48,532 bases of DNA. Origin: a virus (Duplodnaviria > Caudoviricetes). Positions 10,540 to 22,491 of the stretch are shown piece by piece. Numbering within the stretch: position 1 is the first letter of the stretch; each line of letters opens with the position of its first letter. The notes under the pieces were generated by a model. That model was not told the DNA's origin. It saw only the letters and a list, made by a program, of their open reading frames with translations, and did no database searches. A program made the position numbers and the translations under genes. The stretch covers positions 1 through 48,532 of IMG/VR virus record IMGVR_UViG_3300031860_000003. One strand, 5' to 3'.

Positions 10540-13500
10540 TCACACCGGCACCCCCGCGCCGCCCGCCATCTCCGGCGCGCGACTCCACCGGTTGACCGCC
10601 TGCTGCGCGCGGTCCACGATCTGGTCGGGCGGCACGCTGTTGGCGTTGACGGTGATCTGCGGGCCGCCGGTCATCCGCTGGGCCTGGTTACTCAGCGCCC
10701 CGACGATGCCGCCCAGACCGCCGGGGCCCTGGCTGCCCGACATCCAGGAGGCGACCTCGGAGGGGGACCGCGGCGGCGGCATCCCGGGCAGCGTGCCGGT
10801 GCGCTGCTGGTAGTCCATCAGCGACGTGCGTGCCGGGTGCATCAGCCAGTCCATCGCCGTGGGCTTGCCGTCGGCCGACCACACCGCCGACACGGTCTGC
10901 GCGCCGTCCTGCGTGCCGTCCTGCGTGGCATACCCCGCGCCGCCCGCTCGGCTGCCGCGTCGCGGCCTAGGGGTCGGGGGCGGCTCCGGAGGCTGCCCCG
11001 GGAGCGGAATCACGTCCTGTGGTCCAACCGAGCGACCCAGGTAGCCGGACCAGCTCCCGATGTCACTCTGATGGAACTGCCCCGGGCGCGCTTGGCCGCC
11101 CCCTTGTCCTGACGGCGGCGCCGCGTGCGGCGCCGGGGGCGTCACCGGGGGTTGCTCCGGCGGTGGCGCGTTTGTCACCGGGCCGTTCTGGTCGTAGATG
11201 CCTTGCGACACGCCGTCCCTGATCAGCTCGCGGCGCCCGTCGGGGAGCATGTACCACCGCTCGTGGGTCGGGTCGAGTTTATGGCCGCCGAAGGTGTCTC
11301 CCTCGTCCGCTGGCGGAGGAACCGCCGGTGGGGCTTTCGGCGTATCGGCCTTGGCGTCCTTCTTCTTGTAGCGCCCCGGACCGATGTAGTCCCAGTTGGT
11401 TGCCGGGCCGTGCGCGTGGGCGTACTCACCCTGCGAGTTGGGCGCGTCGTCGCCGTAGACGTCGCGGCCCTGGGCGTCTTTGCTGCTGGGCGTTTCTTCG
11501 GTAGCCGGGAATGCCGTACTCGGGCCGGGCCCTGCCGGCACCGGCGGGGGTGTGGCGCCCACCGCCGGGGCGCCGCCGCCGGTGGCGGCGCTGCTTCTGC
11601 CTTCGCCCAGCTGATTGGCGATGCCCAGCGCGGCCGACGCGGTGCCGGCGAACAGCTTCCAGATGCCCCACTGCCACGGCGGTTTGCCGAACACGTCGCC
11701 GAACCCCAGCTCCTGGGCCATGCCCTTGATCAGGCCCGCGCCCATCGCGGCGGCGTTCTCGTCCGGGCTGACGGCCGCCTCCTTGGCTTTGCTCTCCCAC
11801 GGCGGCAGGTTGTCGAGTTGCTCGGCCTGGTCGACCTGGGCGTCGTGCAGGCGCTCATTCGCCTTGCTCAGCGCCTTGCTGGTCTCCTTCTCCTTGTTGA
11901 TGGCCTCGGTGAGTTCCTTCTTGGCTTTCGCCTCGTTCGTCGTCTGGTGCTGGTCGTCGGTCATGAGGTCGAGGTACTTCTGCCAGGTGTCGGGGAACTT
12001 CTGTTTCGCGTCGTTGACGACCTTGTCCCAGGCGTCGTTGGCGCTGCGCAGGCGGGCCAGCGCGTCGGTTTCGGCCTGGCTCGCGTCATGCAGGGCCTGC
12101 GCATCGTCGGTGGCTGTGCGGGCCCGCATCTCGGCCTCGTGCAGCCACTTGGTGAAGTCACGGCGCACCTCGGGGGTCAGGCTCGCGCCCTTGTCGGGCA
12201 TGTCCATCGGGTAGAGGAACCAGCCGTAGGGTGTCTCGACGGCCTGCGCTGCCGGGCGCGGTGCCCCGGCCGGGGCGATCGGCGCCGGCCAGCCCGCCGG
12301 CGGCGGCGTCAGCGGCTGGCCCGGCCCGACCGGCGCGGGCACCTTCGGCAGGTTCGGGTCGCCGTGCACGGTCTTATCGACCAGTACGACCCTCGGTAGG
12401 CCGCCAATCTGGTCCCCGCCGCCCTGGTCGTCCCCGCCGGTGCCGCCGCCGGGCTGGCGCCGCAGCAGCCGGCCCTGGTTCATCGCGTGCAACACACCGG
12501 GCGGCGCCGCACCGGGTGGAACCAGCAGCTCGCCCGGCTCGGTGATGATCGGCACCATCCCGCCGCCCGCCATCCCGAGGCCCATCTGACCCAGGACGTC
12601 GCGGTACTGCGCCGTGCGATGCCGGTTCAGGATGAACGTCCCGGCCGGCACGCTCATCGGCACGCTGTCGCGGCCCGGCCAGTGATAACCCTTGATGATG
12701 CCGCCGTTGGCCATGCCGAGCAGGCCGCCCTCCTGGACCATCGCGACGGTGTGGGTCGTATCCGGCGTATCCGGCGCGGGGCCCCAGCCCGGGGCCCAGG
12801 TCATCGGCTTGTCGGGACCGTGCCATACCTTGCCGGTGAAGTTCTTGCCCTCTTTGTCGGAATACACGTCCCCGGCGCCGTCGACCCAGCCTCCGGCGTC
12901 GTCGACGTGAGTCATGTGCTCGTAGCCGCCCACGGGTGCCGGTGATTTTCTCTCGCTTGCCTTTGTGCCCCACCAGTCGACCGGTGCGCCCTTGGTGTCC
13001 TTGGTGATGGCCGCCGTCGCGGGGGGTCCGGCGGCCGGGGGACCGGCCGGAGGGTTGGCGGCGCCGGGCGAGGATGCGGCCGCGGCCGGCGAGGCCGACG
13101 TGGCCTTTCCGCTCACCCAGTCCCAGAACGCCTCCGGGTGGGGCAGCTTGAAACCCAGCGCCTCGAACACGCCCTGGACCAGACCGGCGAACAGGGGAGC
13201 CAGCGGCCCCGCAGCGTGACCCGTACCGCCCGCACCGCCCGCGCTGCTGACCGCGCTGACCAGAGACACGTTAGAGCCGGAGTTGAAAGTCAACCCGTTA
13301 CCGGAGGTGTTCCAGTTCGCCGGCAGCGTGCCGCTGGTGGCGAGCTGCGCGAGGTCCGGCGCGGAACCGGGCACCATCGCGAGGTGGACGTGGTCGTGGT
13401 GTTCCCCCAAGGTCTTCGCGTCGTAATAGGAGTTCCCCTGCAGCTTCCAGTCGCGGATGAATTTGCCGTCGCCGATGTTGAAGTCGGTGTTCCAGCCCCC

Positions 13501-16500
13501 ACCAGCGTGGATCAGCTGGGCGATGTGGGGTCCGAAGTTGCTCGCCATGTAGGTGGCGAAGCGGGTTTCCGCCGGCGTGTCGGTGCCATCGGAGAAGTCC
13601 CCGGCCATGCCCTTGGGGTGATACCCGCTGTCGATCGAGTGGCGCGCCCTGCCCGAGGTCAGCGTCAGACCCATCCCGTGCGCGATGACGTCGGCGCCCA
13701 GGATCTCGGCGTCCACGCCCTGGATGTCGTCGTGGCTGTAGTCACCGCTCACCAGGCCACCGGGCAGGAACCCGCGGATCCCCTCCTTCTTGTGGATGGC
13801 CATGCCGAGGCCCGCCGCCAGCTCGTCTGCGTTCTCCCGCTTCGGGTCGGGCGGGATTCCCAGCCAGTCCCGGCCATCCGGGTGAGCGCGGAAGATGTTG
13901 GCAGCTATGTCGGCCTGCTGCTGCGGGGTCGCCATGCCGGGATGCCTCACGTCGAACTTCAAGCCGCCGTTGTCGGCCCACGTCGCCGGGGTGATCTGGA
14001 ACAGCCCCTCGGCCTCGTTCCAGCCGGTATTGACATCGACGTAGCCGTGCTGGGTGACCCTCGGGTCGCCGCCGGACTCGCGCATGATCAGGTGCGCCCA
14101 CGCCGCGTTCGGGGACGTCCACAACCCGGCGCCGGTGGGCGATATCGGCACCCCGCCGCCGAGCATGTGTGACCACACCGAGGTTTTCGACACCGGCAGC
14201 CCGACGTGCGGGGCCAGGTGGGACTCGGAGTGATACGACAGCGACGACGTCGCGCCGCCGTGCTGGAAGCCAGCCATGCCACCGGCAATATTGCTTATGC
14301 TGCCGAGTCCGGGTCCATAGATGGTTGTCAGCCACGGCACCATGCCATGCCAGCGGCTGTACTTCGGCGGATAGTCAGGGTCGAAATGGCCGGGGTTCTC
14401 GGTGACGTCGCGGGGGATCGGGCCACCAGTCGCGTTGTGCATGGGCAGATCGAAAGACAACCCAAGATAGTTACGCTCCAGGTAATCCAGCGCCCACTCC
14501 TCCTGGTCGTGGCCACTGTCGGCATGAGCACCGCCGCCACCCGCGAAGCCGGGAATCCGCAGATACTTTCCCACGAAGGGGATGTTCGTCAGGCCCAGCC
14601 CGTACCGGTGCCCCGGGGTCTGGGCGGAAACGCCGGTGTTCAGAATGTCGATGCCCCAGTTGAGGAACTCCCGCACCGGCCCCAGTTGGCGCTGCGACCC
14701 CACCGAGGTCATCGAGGTGTCGATTCTCATCCGCGGGTCGAAGTTGCTTCCCCCGGTCGGCAGGTTCGGATCAAAGGGCGGTGGCCAAGGCAATCGCCGG
14801 CGAGATGAGCCGGGCGCCCCGGGGTCATCGCCGCGCTCGCCAACATCGCCGCCGGGCTGGAAGGCGAAACCGCCACCGGCGAAACCGAGGAACTTGTATC
14901 CGGCGCTGCCCACACCCGGAACGGGGCGGTCCTCCTTCAGCCCCACATGGCCGCCGGTGGCGTAATTGCGATTGGCCGCCCACTGAACATCCCAGACGTG
15001 CTGCGGGCCGCCGTGGTAGCGGCCCTTCATGTAGTTCAGCATCGCCGTCACCTGCTGATACGGGGTCAGCGCCTGCGCCGCGGCGATGCTGGTGACCTGC
15101 GGGAAGCCGTAAGCCCGGTAATTCGACAGCGTCAACTGGCCCAAACCGACCGAGTTGTCACCCCGCTGCGCGTTGATGTCGGAGTAGTTGACGTTGGCCG
15201 GGTTCCACGACGATTCGCCTTGGATGATGTTGGACAGCGGCGCGAACTCGCTTTGCGGGAAGCCACCCGCCAGCATCCCGGCGAACCCACCGCCCAGCAG
15301 CGCCTGCAACGCCTGGTCCTGAACCGGACCGCCCGGGCCCGGTGCTGCCGCCCCGGCGACATTGAGCGTGGTGGAACCCGCGGCCAGGTTCAGCTTGACG
15401 TCGATCGCCACCCCTTCGGTGGTCTGCAGATTCGACGGGATACCGGCCGCGGTCATCACGTCTTCGGCGCTCTTGCGGTCCTGGTCCTTGACGGCCAGGT
15501 TGGTGGGCAGCGCCACCCCGGTCTCGGTGACGCCGGCCTGCGTCACCTCGCCCTGCAACTTGTCGGGTATCCCGGCGCTCGTCAGGGTGTCGGCCGCGCT
15601 CATCGGCAGCGGCGCTATCACGTTGATCGCGGCGGGCAGCGCGATAGCCCCGGTCGCACCGGCGAACGCGCCGCCCTGCATGCTGGCGGGGATGCCGGCG
15701 GCATCCAGGACGGTGCCGCCGTTGGCGAACGCCTGCAGGTTCATCGCGTCCAACATCGGCCCGTACTTGGCCACCGCGGGCAGGTTCATCACCTTCTCGC
15801 CCGCGGTCGCCCGGATCAGCACCTTGTCGGTGCCGCCGGGACCGGTGACGGTGCCACCGGACTGGAAGAAGGCCCCGACGATCGGCAGGCTCTTGAGGAT
15901 GGCCTTGCCCAGGTTTATTCCGCCGCCGCCGCCGTCCGCTCCTTCGTCGTCCCAATGCCCCGGCGAGATCCCGTGACCGGGCTCGCGGTGACCGGGCACC
16001 CAGTGGCGCTCGTGCTTCTTTTCCTCGGTGCTCGGCGGGGCGCCGCCGAAGTTGAGAATCTCGTCGAGGATGCGCTGCTGGTCGGGCGGCAGCTTCTGCA
16101 GGTCGAGGAAGATTTTGGCGTGAATCCCGTCGGTGCCGGCCAGTTCCTCGGGGACCCCGATCCCCTTCGTCAGGAACTCCTTGACGGCCTGATCGGGCAG
16201 GTTGTCGATCGAGAAGTTGACCTTCTTGACGATCTCGGGGAACTTGTCCGGCCCGAACAGGGTGTTCAGGTAGTCCTGGAGGTCGTCCATCTCCTTCTTG
16301 GTGTGCGCGGAGAAGCTGCGGATCTGCCCGGTCGACTTGTCGGCGTCAACGGTGATGCCCAACCCGGCCAGCTGATTGGTGACCTGTTCGAGCGCCGCCG
16401 GGTCGATCTTCATCCCACCCTCGAGGCTGCCGGAGATCGCCTGCTGCAACTTGGGGGCGTCGCGTTGGATGGTGCCGCGCCAATCCTTGAAGGGATCCTC

Positions 16501-19395
16501 GGTGCCGGGCATGTTGATCGGCGCCCCGAAGGTGGCGCGGGTGGCCTGCCACATCGCCCGCGCGCCCTGGGCCATCGTGGTCAGGGCGGCCAGCTTGGGC
16601 TCCAGGCTCGCGATCCCGTCGCCCAGCTCGTCGAGTCCCTCGGCGCCGCTGCGCATCCAGCCGCCGACATCGAGGTCGAGCATGGACTTCAACGCGCCCA
16701 TCGCGTGCACCGCGCCCTTGGTGACCTCGCCCAGCCCGGGGACGAACAGCGCCAGTTGCGCGGTGAACGTGATGAGCGCGGCATCGGCCGCCATCATCGC
16801 CAGCACGATCGCGTCCTTGGTGGACTCGACAAACCCGCTCATCTCGCGCAGCATCTTCGCCAACCAGTGGCTGATCCGCGAGCCCCAGTCCAGCAGCTTC
16901 TCCCCGATCGTCCCGACGAAGCCGATGAACTCGACCTGATGGGTCTGCAACCAGGTGCTGACCTTGTCGCCGATACCGGTCAGGCCGCGCACCAGCCCCA
17001 GTCCCATCGGCGCCAGCGCGGCCACCACCTGCTGGGAGAGCACCTCCAGCTCCTGGCCCAGGTCCTTGGTGGCCTGCAGCGCCTCGTCGATCGGCTCGTG
17101 CAGCTTGACGCCCTCCTTCGCCAACGCGGCGTTGACCTCGTCGACGGTGGCGGGGATCTCCTTGAGGTCGCGCAGCCACTTGGTCAGCACCTCGGCGCCC
17201 TTGGGTGAGGTGGCCAGGCCGATGGATTGCACAAATCTTTCGGCGGTGTTCTCGTCGGCGGCGTCGCGGACGATGTCCACCACTTCCTGCAAGGACATCC
17301 CCGTCTTGGCCAGCTCGTCTTGCATGTGCGCCAGGGTGAACGGGAAGCGTTGCAGCGCAGGCTGTCCGAGGATCTGCTGGATCTTGCCCATGATGAAGGC
17401 GGCCTGGTCCATGTTGTAGCCCATGTCGTTCCACGCGATCGAGGTGGCGTCCAGGTCGTGGGTGAGGTCGTTGATGGCGATCCCGGTCATCCGCTCCAGG
17501 TTGATCATCATCGTGAGCTCGTCGTTCGCCTTCTCGGCGGGGATGTTGAACGAGGTGAGCGCGGCGCTGAAGTTGTCGACGTTGATCTTGGTGTCGCCCA
17601 GGAGCTCGTTGCCCTCGGCCAGCGTGGTCGCCAACTCCTTCAGCTGGGCGTTGGTCAGCCCGGCGCCGTCATTGAGGACCGACAGCCGCTGAGAGAGCTC
17701 GCCCACCACATTGGCGACGTCCTTGAAGTGCACCAGATCACCGGAGGCGGCGATGTCCTGCACGATGGTCAGGTACTCGGACAGGTGCTCGAGGCCCAGC
17801 GTCTGGCCGGAGATGGTGCGGGCCGCCTGCTGCCACTTGTTACCGATGTCGAGGATCGCCTCGCCGAACTGCCCGGCGATCGACGTGTAGTCCTGGATCG
17901 CGGAGAACACCTGGCCCAGCACGCCCGAAATCTCCCCGGTGACCGAGGTGATCATCCCGCCCAGGATCGGGATCTTCCCGATGGTGGAGTCCAGGTAGGA
18001 GTTGACGGCGTTCAGCGGCATCTGAACCGCGGTCTGGATACCCTCCAGCCCGGCCCCGATCATCTGCTGAATGTTGGGCATCTTGCCCTCGACGACGCTG
18101 GTGAAGCCGCCCATCAGGGCGTTGCCGGCGTCCTTACCGACCTTCTCGAACGCCTGAAACTCGGTGTTGACCAGCTTGACGAAGTTGTGGATCGAGGACA
18201 CCGCGATATCGACGGCCAGCGCGATGCCCGCGGCGATGCCCGACTTCATCGCCAGCGACATCCCCTTGGCGGCCTCGCCGGCGGCCTGCGCGCTCTGGTC
18301 CGAGAACGTCTTCCAGCCGGAGAGCATCTTGCCGCCCATCTGGGCGGTGATGTTCTGCAGGTCTCTGGAGCCTTGAAGCATCCTTTCCGAGGCGTTGAGG
18401 CTGAACATCTCGGCGGCCTCGGCGCCGGTCTGGCCGAAGAATCGCGCGACCGCCGGACGCAGCGATGCCGGGGTGAACTTCTGCACCAACGGCAAAAACG
18501 CCCGGTCGAAGCCCGAGCCCATTGACTGCGCCGCTGCGGCGCCGACCTCCTCGAACCCTGCGGTTTTCCCGCTGGCGAGCATCCCCCGAAAGGCTTCTGC
18601 CGACAGGATCTGCTTGATGGTGGGCACGAACCCGCCCGCATAGCTCATCGCGGCGCGTTCGCCCTCGGAGAGCAAGGTCGCATTGGCGGCGGCGGTGGCT
18701 TCCCGGTAGGCGTTGGCCAGCTGATCGGTCAGCCCGCGCGCCATGATGGCCTGCATCCCGCCGGTGGACCACAACTCGCTCATGGTGGTGCGGATGCCGC
18801 CCTTGATGGCCTCGCCCATCCGCTCCCCGGCGGCGGCGGCCTGCATGGTCGGGATATTGAAGAACTGCTGGGCGATGGTCTGGCGGATGTCGCCGATGCC
18901 CCGCGAGGCGCCGCGCATGACGGTGCGGCCCCACTGCTCACCGACGGTCTCGGCCTGGGCGGCGTCGAACGCCTCCCGCATCTCCTTGTTCAGCGAGGCC
19001 CGCAGCGCCGGTCCCACCTTGGACAGCGAGCGGGTGATGTCGGCCGCGATCGCATCCGACGGCAGCGCCATCGCGCCCTGGAACGCGGTCTGCATCTCGC
19101 GCTGCAAACCTGCGCGCAGCGCCGGGCCGACCTTGCCCAGCGTGCGCTGCACGTCGGCGGTCAGGCTCTCCTCCAGCGAGCGGCCCAGCAGGCCCCGAAT
19201 CGAGCCGGCCTCCACCGCGGCCGCCATCGCGCCCTTGATGACCGGGGTCAGCGCCGACGGCAGCGACGACGCCATGCCCTGCGCCAGGCCCGACGCGGCC
19301 TGCGCGCCGATCGCCTGCATCTGTGAGTAGATGCCGGCGGCCGACGCGGCGACGTCAACCCAGGAGACGCCCTGCCCGGCGCCCGGCGCGCTCAC
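10540..19395 (-). CDS. Tape measure protein with C-terminal cell-wall hydrolase-like domains
   Basis: 2951 aa, Ala/Gly-rich helical N-terminal half, follows the chaperones; two transglycosylase-like (ES..N/DP...GLxQ) and one HxH peptidase-like segment. Confidence 0.93.
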   Translation of the reverse strand: MSAPGAGQGVSWVDVAASAAGIYSQMQAIGAQAASGLAQGMASSLPSALTPVIKGAMAAAVEAGSIRGLLGRSLEESLTADVQRTLGKVGPALRAGLQREMQTAFQGAMALPSDAIAADITRSLSKVGPALRASLNKEMREAFDAAQAETVGEQWGRTVMRGASRGIGDIRQTIAQQFFNIPTMQAAAAGERMGEAIKGGIRTTMSELWSTGGMQAIMARGLTDQLANAYREATAAANATLLSEGERAAMSYAGGFVPTIKQILSAEAFRGMLASGKTAGFEEVGAAAAQSMGSGFDRAFLPLVQKFTPASLRPAVARFFGQTGAEAAEMFSLNASERMLQGSRDLQNITAQMGGKMLSGWKTFSDQSAQAAGEAAKGMSLAMKSGIAAGIALAVDIAVSSIHNFVKLVNTEFQAFEKVGKDAGNALMGGFTSVVEGKMPNIQQMIGAGLEGIQTAVQMPLNAVNSYLDSTIGKIPILGGMITSVTGEISGVLGQVFSAIQDYTSIAGQFGEAILDIGNKWQQAARTISGQTLGLEHLSEYLTIVQDIAASGDLVHFKDVANVVGELSQRLSVLNDGAGLTNAQLKELATTLAEGNELLGDTKINVDNFSAALTSFNIPAEKANDELTMMINLERMTGIAINDLTHDLDATSIAWNDMGYNMDQAAFIMGKIQQILGQPALQRFPFTLAHMQDELAKTGMSLQEVVDIVRDAADENTAERFVQSIGLATSPKGAEVLTKWLRDLKEIPATVDEVNAALAKEGVKLHEPIDEALQATKDLGQELEVLSQQVVAALAPMGLGLVRGLTGIGDKVSTWLQTHQVEFIGFVGTIGEKLLDWGSRISHWLAKMLREMSGFVESTKDAIVLAMMAADAALITFTAQLALFVPGLGEVTKGAVHAMGALKSMLDLDVGGWMRSGAEGLDELGDGIASLEPKLAALTTMAQGARAMWQATRATFGAPINMPGTEDPFKDWRGTIQRDAPKLQQAISGSLEGGMKIDPAALEQVTNQLAGLGITVDADKSTGQIRSFSAHTKKEMDDLQDYLNTLFGPDKFPEIVKKVNFSIDNLPDQAVKEFLTKGIGVPEELAGTDGIHAKIFLDLQKLPPDQQRILDEILNFGGAPPSTEEKKHERHWVPGHREPGHGISPGHWDDEGADGGGGGINLGKAILKSLPIVGAFFQSGGTVTGPGGTDKVLIRATAGEKVMNLPAVAKYGPMLDAMNLQAFANGGTVLDAAGIPASMQGGAFAGATGAIALPAAINVIAPLPMSAADTLTSAGIPDKLQGEVTQAGVTETGVALPTNLAVKDQDRKSAEDVMTAAGIPSNLQTTEGVAIDVKLNLAAGSTTLNVAGAAAPGPGGPVQDQALQALLGGGFAGMLAGGFPQSEFAPLSNIIQGESSWNPANVNYSDINAQRGDNSVGLGQLTLSNYRAYGFPQVTSIAAAQALTPYQQVTAMLNYMKGRYHGGPQHVWDVQWAANRNYATGGHVGLKEDRPVPGVGSAGYKFLGFAGGGFAFQPGGDVGERGDDPGAPGSSRRRLPWPPPFDPNLPTGGSNFDPRMRIDTSMTSVGSQRQLGPVREFLNWGIDILNTGVSAQTPGHRYGLGLTNIPFVGKYLRIPGFAGGGGAHADSGHDQEEWALDYLERNYLGLSFDLPMHNATGGPIPRDVTENPGHFDPDYPPKYSRWHGMVPWLTTIYGPGLGSISNIAGGMAGFQHGGATSSLSYHSESHLAPHVGLPVSKTSVWSHMLGGGVPISPTGAGLWTSPNAAWAHLIMRESGGDPRVTQHGYVDVNTGWNEAEGLFQITPATWADNGGLKFDVRHPGMATPQQQADIAANIFRAHPDGRDWLGIPPDPKRENADELAAGLGMAIHKKEGIRGFLPGGLVSGDYSHDDIQGVDAEILGADVIAHGMGLTLTSGRARHSIDSGYHPKGMAGDFSDGTDTPAETRFATYMASNFGPHIAQLIHAGGGWNTDFNIGDGKFIRDWKLQGNSYYDAKTLGEHHDHVHLAMVPGSAPDLAQLATSGTLPANWNTSGNGLTFNSGSNVSLVSAVSSAGGAGGTGHAAGPLAPLFAGLVQGVFEALGFKLPHPEAFWDWVSGKATSASPAAAASSPGAANPPAGPPAAGPPATAAITKDTKGAPVDWWGTKASERKSPAPVGGYEHMTHVDDAGGWVDGAGDVYSDKEGKNFTGKVWHGPDKPMTWAPGWGPAPDTPDTTHTVAMVQEGGLLGMANGGIIKGYHWPGRDSVPMSVPAGTFILNRHRTAQYRDVLGQMGLGMAGGGMVPIITEPGELLVPPGAAPPGVLHAMNQGRLLRRQPGGGTGGDDQGGGDQIGGLPRVVLVDKTVHGDPNLPKVPAPVGPGQPLTPPPAGWPAPIAPAGAPRPAAQAVETPYGWFLYPMDMPDKGASLTPEVRRDFTKWLHEAEMRARTATDDAQALHDASQAETDALARLRSANDAWDKVVNDAKQKFPDTWQKYLDLMTDDQHQTTNEAKAKKELTEAINKEKETSKALSKANERLHDAQVDQAEQLDNLPPWESKAKEAAVSPDENAAAMGAGLIKGMAQELGFGDVFGKPPWQWGIWKLFAGTASAALGIANQLGEGRSSAATGGGAPAVGATPPPVPAGPGPSTAFPATEETPSSKDAQGRDVYGDDAPNSQGEYAHAHGPATNWDYIGPGRYKKKDAKADTPKAPPAVPPPADEGDTFGGHKLDPTHERWYMLPDGRRELIRDGVSQGIYDQNGPVTNAPPPEQPPVTPPAPHAAPPSGQGGGQARPGQFHQSDIGSWSGYLGRSVGPQDVIPLPGQPPEPPPTPRPRRGSRAGGAGYATQDGTQDGAQTVSAVWSADGKPTAMDWLMHPARTSLMDYQQRTGTLPGMPPPRSPSEVASWMSGSQGPGGLGGIVGALSNQAQRMTGGPQITVNANSVPPDQIVDRAQQAVNRWSRAPEMAGGAGVPV

Positions 19396-19808
19396 GAGAC
19401 CAGCCCGGTGGCCGAGTAGACCCGGCTGCGACTGCGGCCCTTGGGCTTACTGGCGTAACGCGCCGCATCGCGCTTGTCGGCTTCCTCCCAGCTCATGGCC
19501 TGCATCGGGAAGAACTTCGCGCCCTCCATCGGATCGACCTCCCGCGCCGCCACGCCGGGACGGGGATAGGGCTGGGACAGCGTGCCGATGCCGGCCTGCT
19601 GCTCCTGCATGTTGGCCAACAGCTGCGCCTCGCGCGACCAGCCGCCGTCCAGGAAATACCGCACACTACTGGTGGGCGGGGCGCCCACCACGACCGTGAT
19701 CATCTCCGCCAACGTCAGGCTGTTCACGTCGCGGCCCAGTCTCATCACGTCGTAGTGGAAGGCATGCCAGCACTCGCCCACCACGCGCACCAGCATTAGG
19801 ATTCCCCC
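19392..19808 (-). CDS. Tail assembly chaperone, -1 frameshift extension (gpT-like)
   Basis: -1 frame is open from the slippery site to the tape measure start. Confidence 0.85.
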   Translation of the reverse strand, partial: GGILMLVRVVGECWHAFHYDVMRLGRDVNSLTLAEMITVVVGAPPTSSVRYFLDGGWSREAQLLANMQEQQAGIGTLSQPYPRPGVAAREVDPMEGAKFFPMQAMSWEEADKRDAARYASKPKGRSRSRVYSATGLVS

Positions 19809-20341
19809 GGCAACCCCACTTCTTCCTTGGCCGGATTCACAGCCGGGGTGAACCACCCCATGAAGAACTCGCCCTGATCGTCGTCGGAGAGCAGCGTCAC
19901 CCGCTCCTGGATCGAATCAGGCACCTCCGCCATGTCCATCCACTCGAAGCTCTGCTGGACCTGGTCCACCTTGCGCAGCTTCCACATGAAGTTGTACGAG
20001 GGCCGGATGGTGGTGATGTGCGGGAACACGATCGGGTCGTCCCCGGCCTTGGACCCCCTCGTCGGGGTGAACACGTACACCTTGGTGAACTCCCCGTAGG
20101 GATGCTCCGGGGTGCCCGGCGGGTTCACCGGCGGCGGCTTGGGCTGCGTCGTCGGAATGTATTCCTGCGGCGGCGCCGCCGCGAACGGGTTCGCCGTTCC
20201 CGGCGCGGACGCGTCGGGTGGCGCCCCGGACATCGCCGAACCGGTCGGTACCGAACCGTTCGTGCCGGCCCGCCGCGGCGCCGCCCGACGTGGTGCTGTG
20301 CCCTTACGGGGCACAGACTTGCGCTTGGCTACTGCGGTCAC
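19796..20341 (-). CDS. Tail assembly chaperone (gpG-like)
   Basis: Lies between major tail and tape measure and ends ...LPGES at the slippery site. Confidence 0.88.
   Translation of the reverse strand: MTAVAKRKSVPRKGTAPRRAAPRRAGTNGSVPTGSAMSGAPPDASAPGTANPFAAAPPQEYIPTTQPKPPPVNPPGTPEHPYGEFTKVYVFTPTRGSKAGDDPIVFPHITTIRPSYNFMWKLRKVDQVQQSFEWMDMAEVPDSIQERVTLLSDDDQGEFFMGWFTPAVNPAKEEVGLPGES
19802..19809 (-). other. Programmed -1 frameshift slippery site CGGGGGAA
   Basis: CCG GGG GAA TCC TAA at the chaperone end; same type of site as used by mycobacteriophage chaperone genes. Confidence 0.85.
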
Positions 20342-20937
20342 AGCGGTTGCCCGTCGTCCCAGTACTCATACGCGTGGTTGTTGTAGCCGTCGGGGAACGG
20401 CCGCAGCGTCAGGTCGAACATCGCCAGCTCCTTGTGCACCCACTTCAGCGGGCCCACCAGGGTGATACGGCCGGTCGGGATCACCAGGCGCATGTTCATC
20501 TGCAGGTAGTAGGCGTCGATCACCCAGCTCTGGTACGGCAGCAGCTCGCGGTTCAGCTTGGCGCTGATCAGCGTGCCGCTTGTCGACGTCGGCGGGGTCA
20601 CCGTCACGTTGGCGGCACCGTGGGCGGCGCGCTGCACGTCGGCGTTCATCATCTGCATGAGCTTGAACTTGATCGTCAAGCCGTACTTGTCCTGCAGGAT
20701 GGCGATCAGGTCACCACCCCAGTCGTTGACCTCGGTGTTGGGGCGCTCCTCGGTGCGGTCCACACCTTCGACACTCACCCGGCCGAGCGTGATGAACGCC
20801 GGGTCCAGGGCGCTGGTCGCGTCGGTGGGCAGCGTGGTGCCCAGTGGGGCTGTCAGGACACCGCCGGTCACCTTGGGATACGGGGCGACAACTTCCTGGA
20901 CTTCCGCTTCCAGGAGTGGGGGCAAAACGGTCGTCAT
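20338..20937 (-). CDS. Major tail (tube) protein
   Basis: APLGTTLPTDATSALDPAFITLGRVSVEG and DWGGD motifs; AGGAGG SD. Confidence 0.92.
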   Translation of the reverse strand: MTTVLPPLLEAEVQEVVAPYPKVTGGVLTAPLGTTLPTDATSALDPAFITLGRVSVEGVDRTEERPNTEVNDWGGDLIAILQDKYGLTIKFKLMQMMNADVQRAAHGAANVTVTPPTSTSGTLISAKLNRELLPYQSWVIDAYYLQMNMRLVIPTGRITLVGPLKWVHKELAMFDLTLRPFPDGYNNHAYEYWDDGQPL

Positions 20938-21055
20938 CGGATTCCTCCTGCTCGATGGATAGATCGGGTGATGACGAGCAGGAGAGTCACACCATGTTTT
21001 CCGTGGTCAGGCGCGACACGCCGCGAAAATCCCGACCTAGATTGCCAATGGAGAC

Positions 21056-21475
21056 TTGTCTATTACCGTGCAGGTCAGCGAACCGCGGTGCAGCGTCGAG
21101 GGATGCCCGTATGCGCCGGCGCGCCGCGGCATGTGCTGGATGCACTACAAGCGCTGGCTGAAATACGGTACCGCCGGACCTGTCGGGCGCATCGGCCGCA
21201 AATCCACCCTGGAGGAACGGTTCGTCAACAGGGTGCGCCTCGGTCCCGGTCCCTGCTACGTCTGGACCGGCTACGTCCACAAACCCAGCGGCTTCGGTGC
21301 GCTGGTCGTGGGGCACCGGTTCATCTACGTGCACCGCTACGCCTGGGAACGCGAGTTCGGGCCGATCCCGCTCAAGGCCCGGGTGATCCAGACGTGCGGG
21401 AACCGGCTGTGCGTGCGCCCCGACCACCTCGAGCTGCGGGTGTCCACGCGCGGACACCGACTTTCGTCACAGTGA
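21056..21475 (+). CDS. HNH-endonuclease-like protein, possibly inactive
   Basis: N-terminal CSVEGC...RGMCWMHY zinc motif; HRYAWEREFGPIP...VIQTCGNRLCVRPDHL. Confidence 0.8.
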   Translation: MSITVQVSEPRCSVEGCPYAPARRGMCWMHYKRWLKYGTAGPVGRIGRKSTLEERFVNRVRLGPGPCYVWTGYVHKPSGFGALVVGHRFIYVHRYAWEREFGPIPLKARVIQTCGNRLCVRPDHLELRVSTRGHRLSSQ

Positions 21476-21490
21476 CGAAACGCCCCGGTG

Positions 21491-21898
21491 TCATCGCCTA
21501 CGGGAGAACGTCACCTTGAGCAGGTCGAACTCTGAGGGGCTGAGGTTGACGCGGTTGTACCACCTCGCCCAGCGCTGCCACATCCACAGCACCTGCGGGT
21601 CGTCGTCGGCCGCGCCGATCACGTTGACGCCGTTCTTGAGCAGCTGACACGCCACGTCGTACTTGAACAGCGCCGCGCCGCGGCGATCCCCCGGCGGCCG
21701 GCAGAACGGGCCCAGGATCGGCAGTGGGAAGCTGGCGTCCAGCCAGGACTGCACGTCGGACGCGGGGCTCAGGCTCACGATCGCGATCGCGTGGCCGAGC
21801 TGGTGGTGCTTCTGCGCGAACGCCAGGCCCTTGCCGATCACCGAGCCGTCCCAGTCCCGCAGCGTGCCGTCGAGGTCCAGGACTACCGCTGGCGTCAT
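21491..21898 (-). CDS. HAD-superfamily phosphatase (PNKP phosphatase-domain-like)
   Basis: VVLDLDGTL motif I, Ser motif II, Lys, ADDD motif IV; ATGA overlap with the upstream gene. Confidence 0.75.
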   Translation of the reverse strand: MTPAVVLDLDGTLRDWDGSVIGKGLAFAQKHHQLGHAIAIVSLSPASDVQSWLDASFPLPILGPFCRPPGDRRGAALFKYDVACQLLKNGVNVIGAADDDPQVLWMWQRWARWYNRVNLSPSEFDLLKVTFSRRR

Positions 21899-22491
21899 GA
21901 GCGCCTGCGGCTGGGCCGCGGCGGGTTGTGCGGCAGCGGGCCGGGCGGTGCCGCGGCTCCCTGCGCGACCACGTTCTGGGCGGTGATCTGCTCGGGCGTG
22001 ACGATTCGCTTGAACCGCTGGCCGGGGATGATCGGCAGGCCGGGCATGCGCCAGGTGACCATGCTGCGATACCGGGTCATCGGGACCAGCGGGTCGCCCT
22101 TGCGCTGGTTCCATCCGGAGCACCGCGCGTAGGTGCAGTACCAGACGTCGCCGTTGGGCATCTTCACGGAGCTGCCGGTGAAGTTGGCGCCCCACGCGAC
22201 GGCCTCCTCGCCGAGCTGCTCGGCCATCGCCTCGTCGGTGTTGTTGGCGTAGGCGTGCAGGATGCAGGACACGTCCCACAGGATGCCGTCGCTGCGCAGC
22301 ACGCCGCCGCCGGCCTCCACCCGCAGGAACCCGTTGATGGTGTCGGCGGTGTTGGACGGCTTGGGCACCCGGGTGCCGCACGGCGTGGGCGCGATGAGCG
22401 GGGTGAAGTACGCCAGGGCGACCAGCTCGGTCGGTGGTGGCCGCACCGTCTGGTAGGTGCGGACCTGGCTGGGGGAAACCGGGGTGCTCAT
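21895..22491 (-). CDS. Tail terminator / tail completion protein
   Basis: GFLRVEAGGG...ILHAYA motif and synteny. Confidence 0.7.
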   Translation of the reverse strand: MSTPVSPSQVRTYQTVRPPPTELVALAYFTPLIAPTPCGTRVPKPSNTADTINGFLRVEAGGGVLRSDGILWDVSCILHAYANNTDEAMAEQLGEEAVAWGANFTGSSVKMPNGDVWYCTYARCSGWNQRKGDPLVPMTRYRSMVTWRMPGLPIIPGQRFKRIVTPEQITAQNVVAQGAAAPPGPLPHNPPRPSRRRS

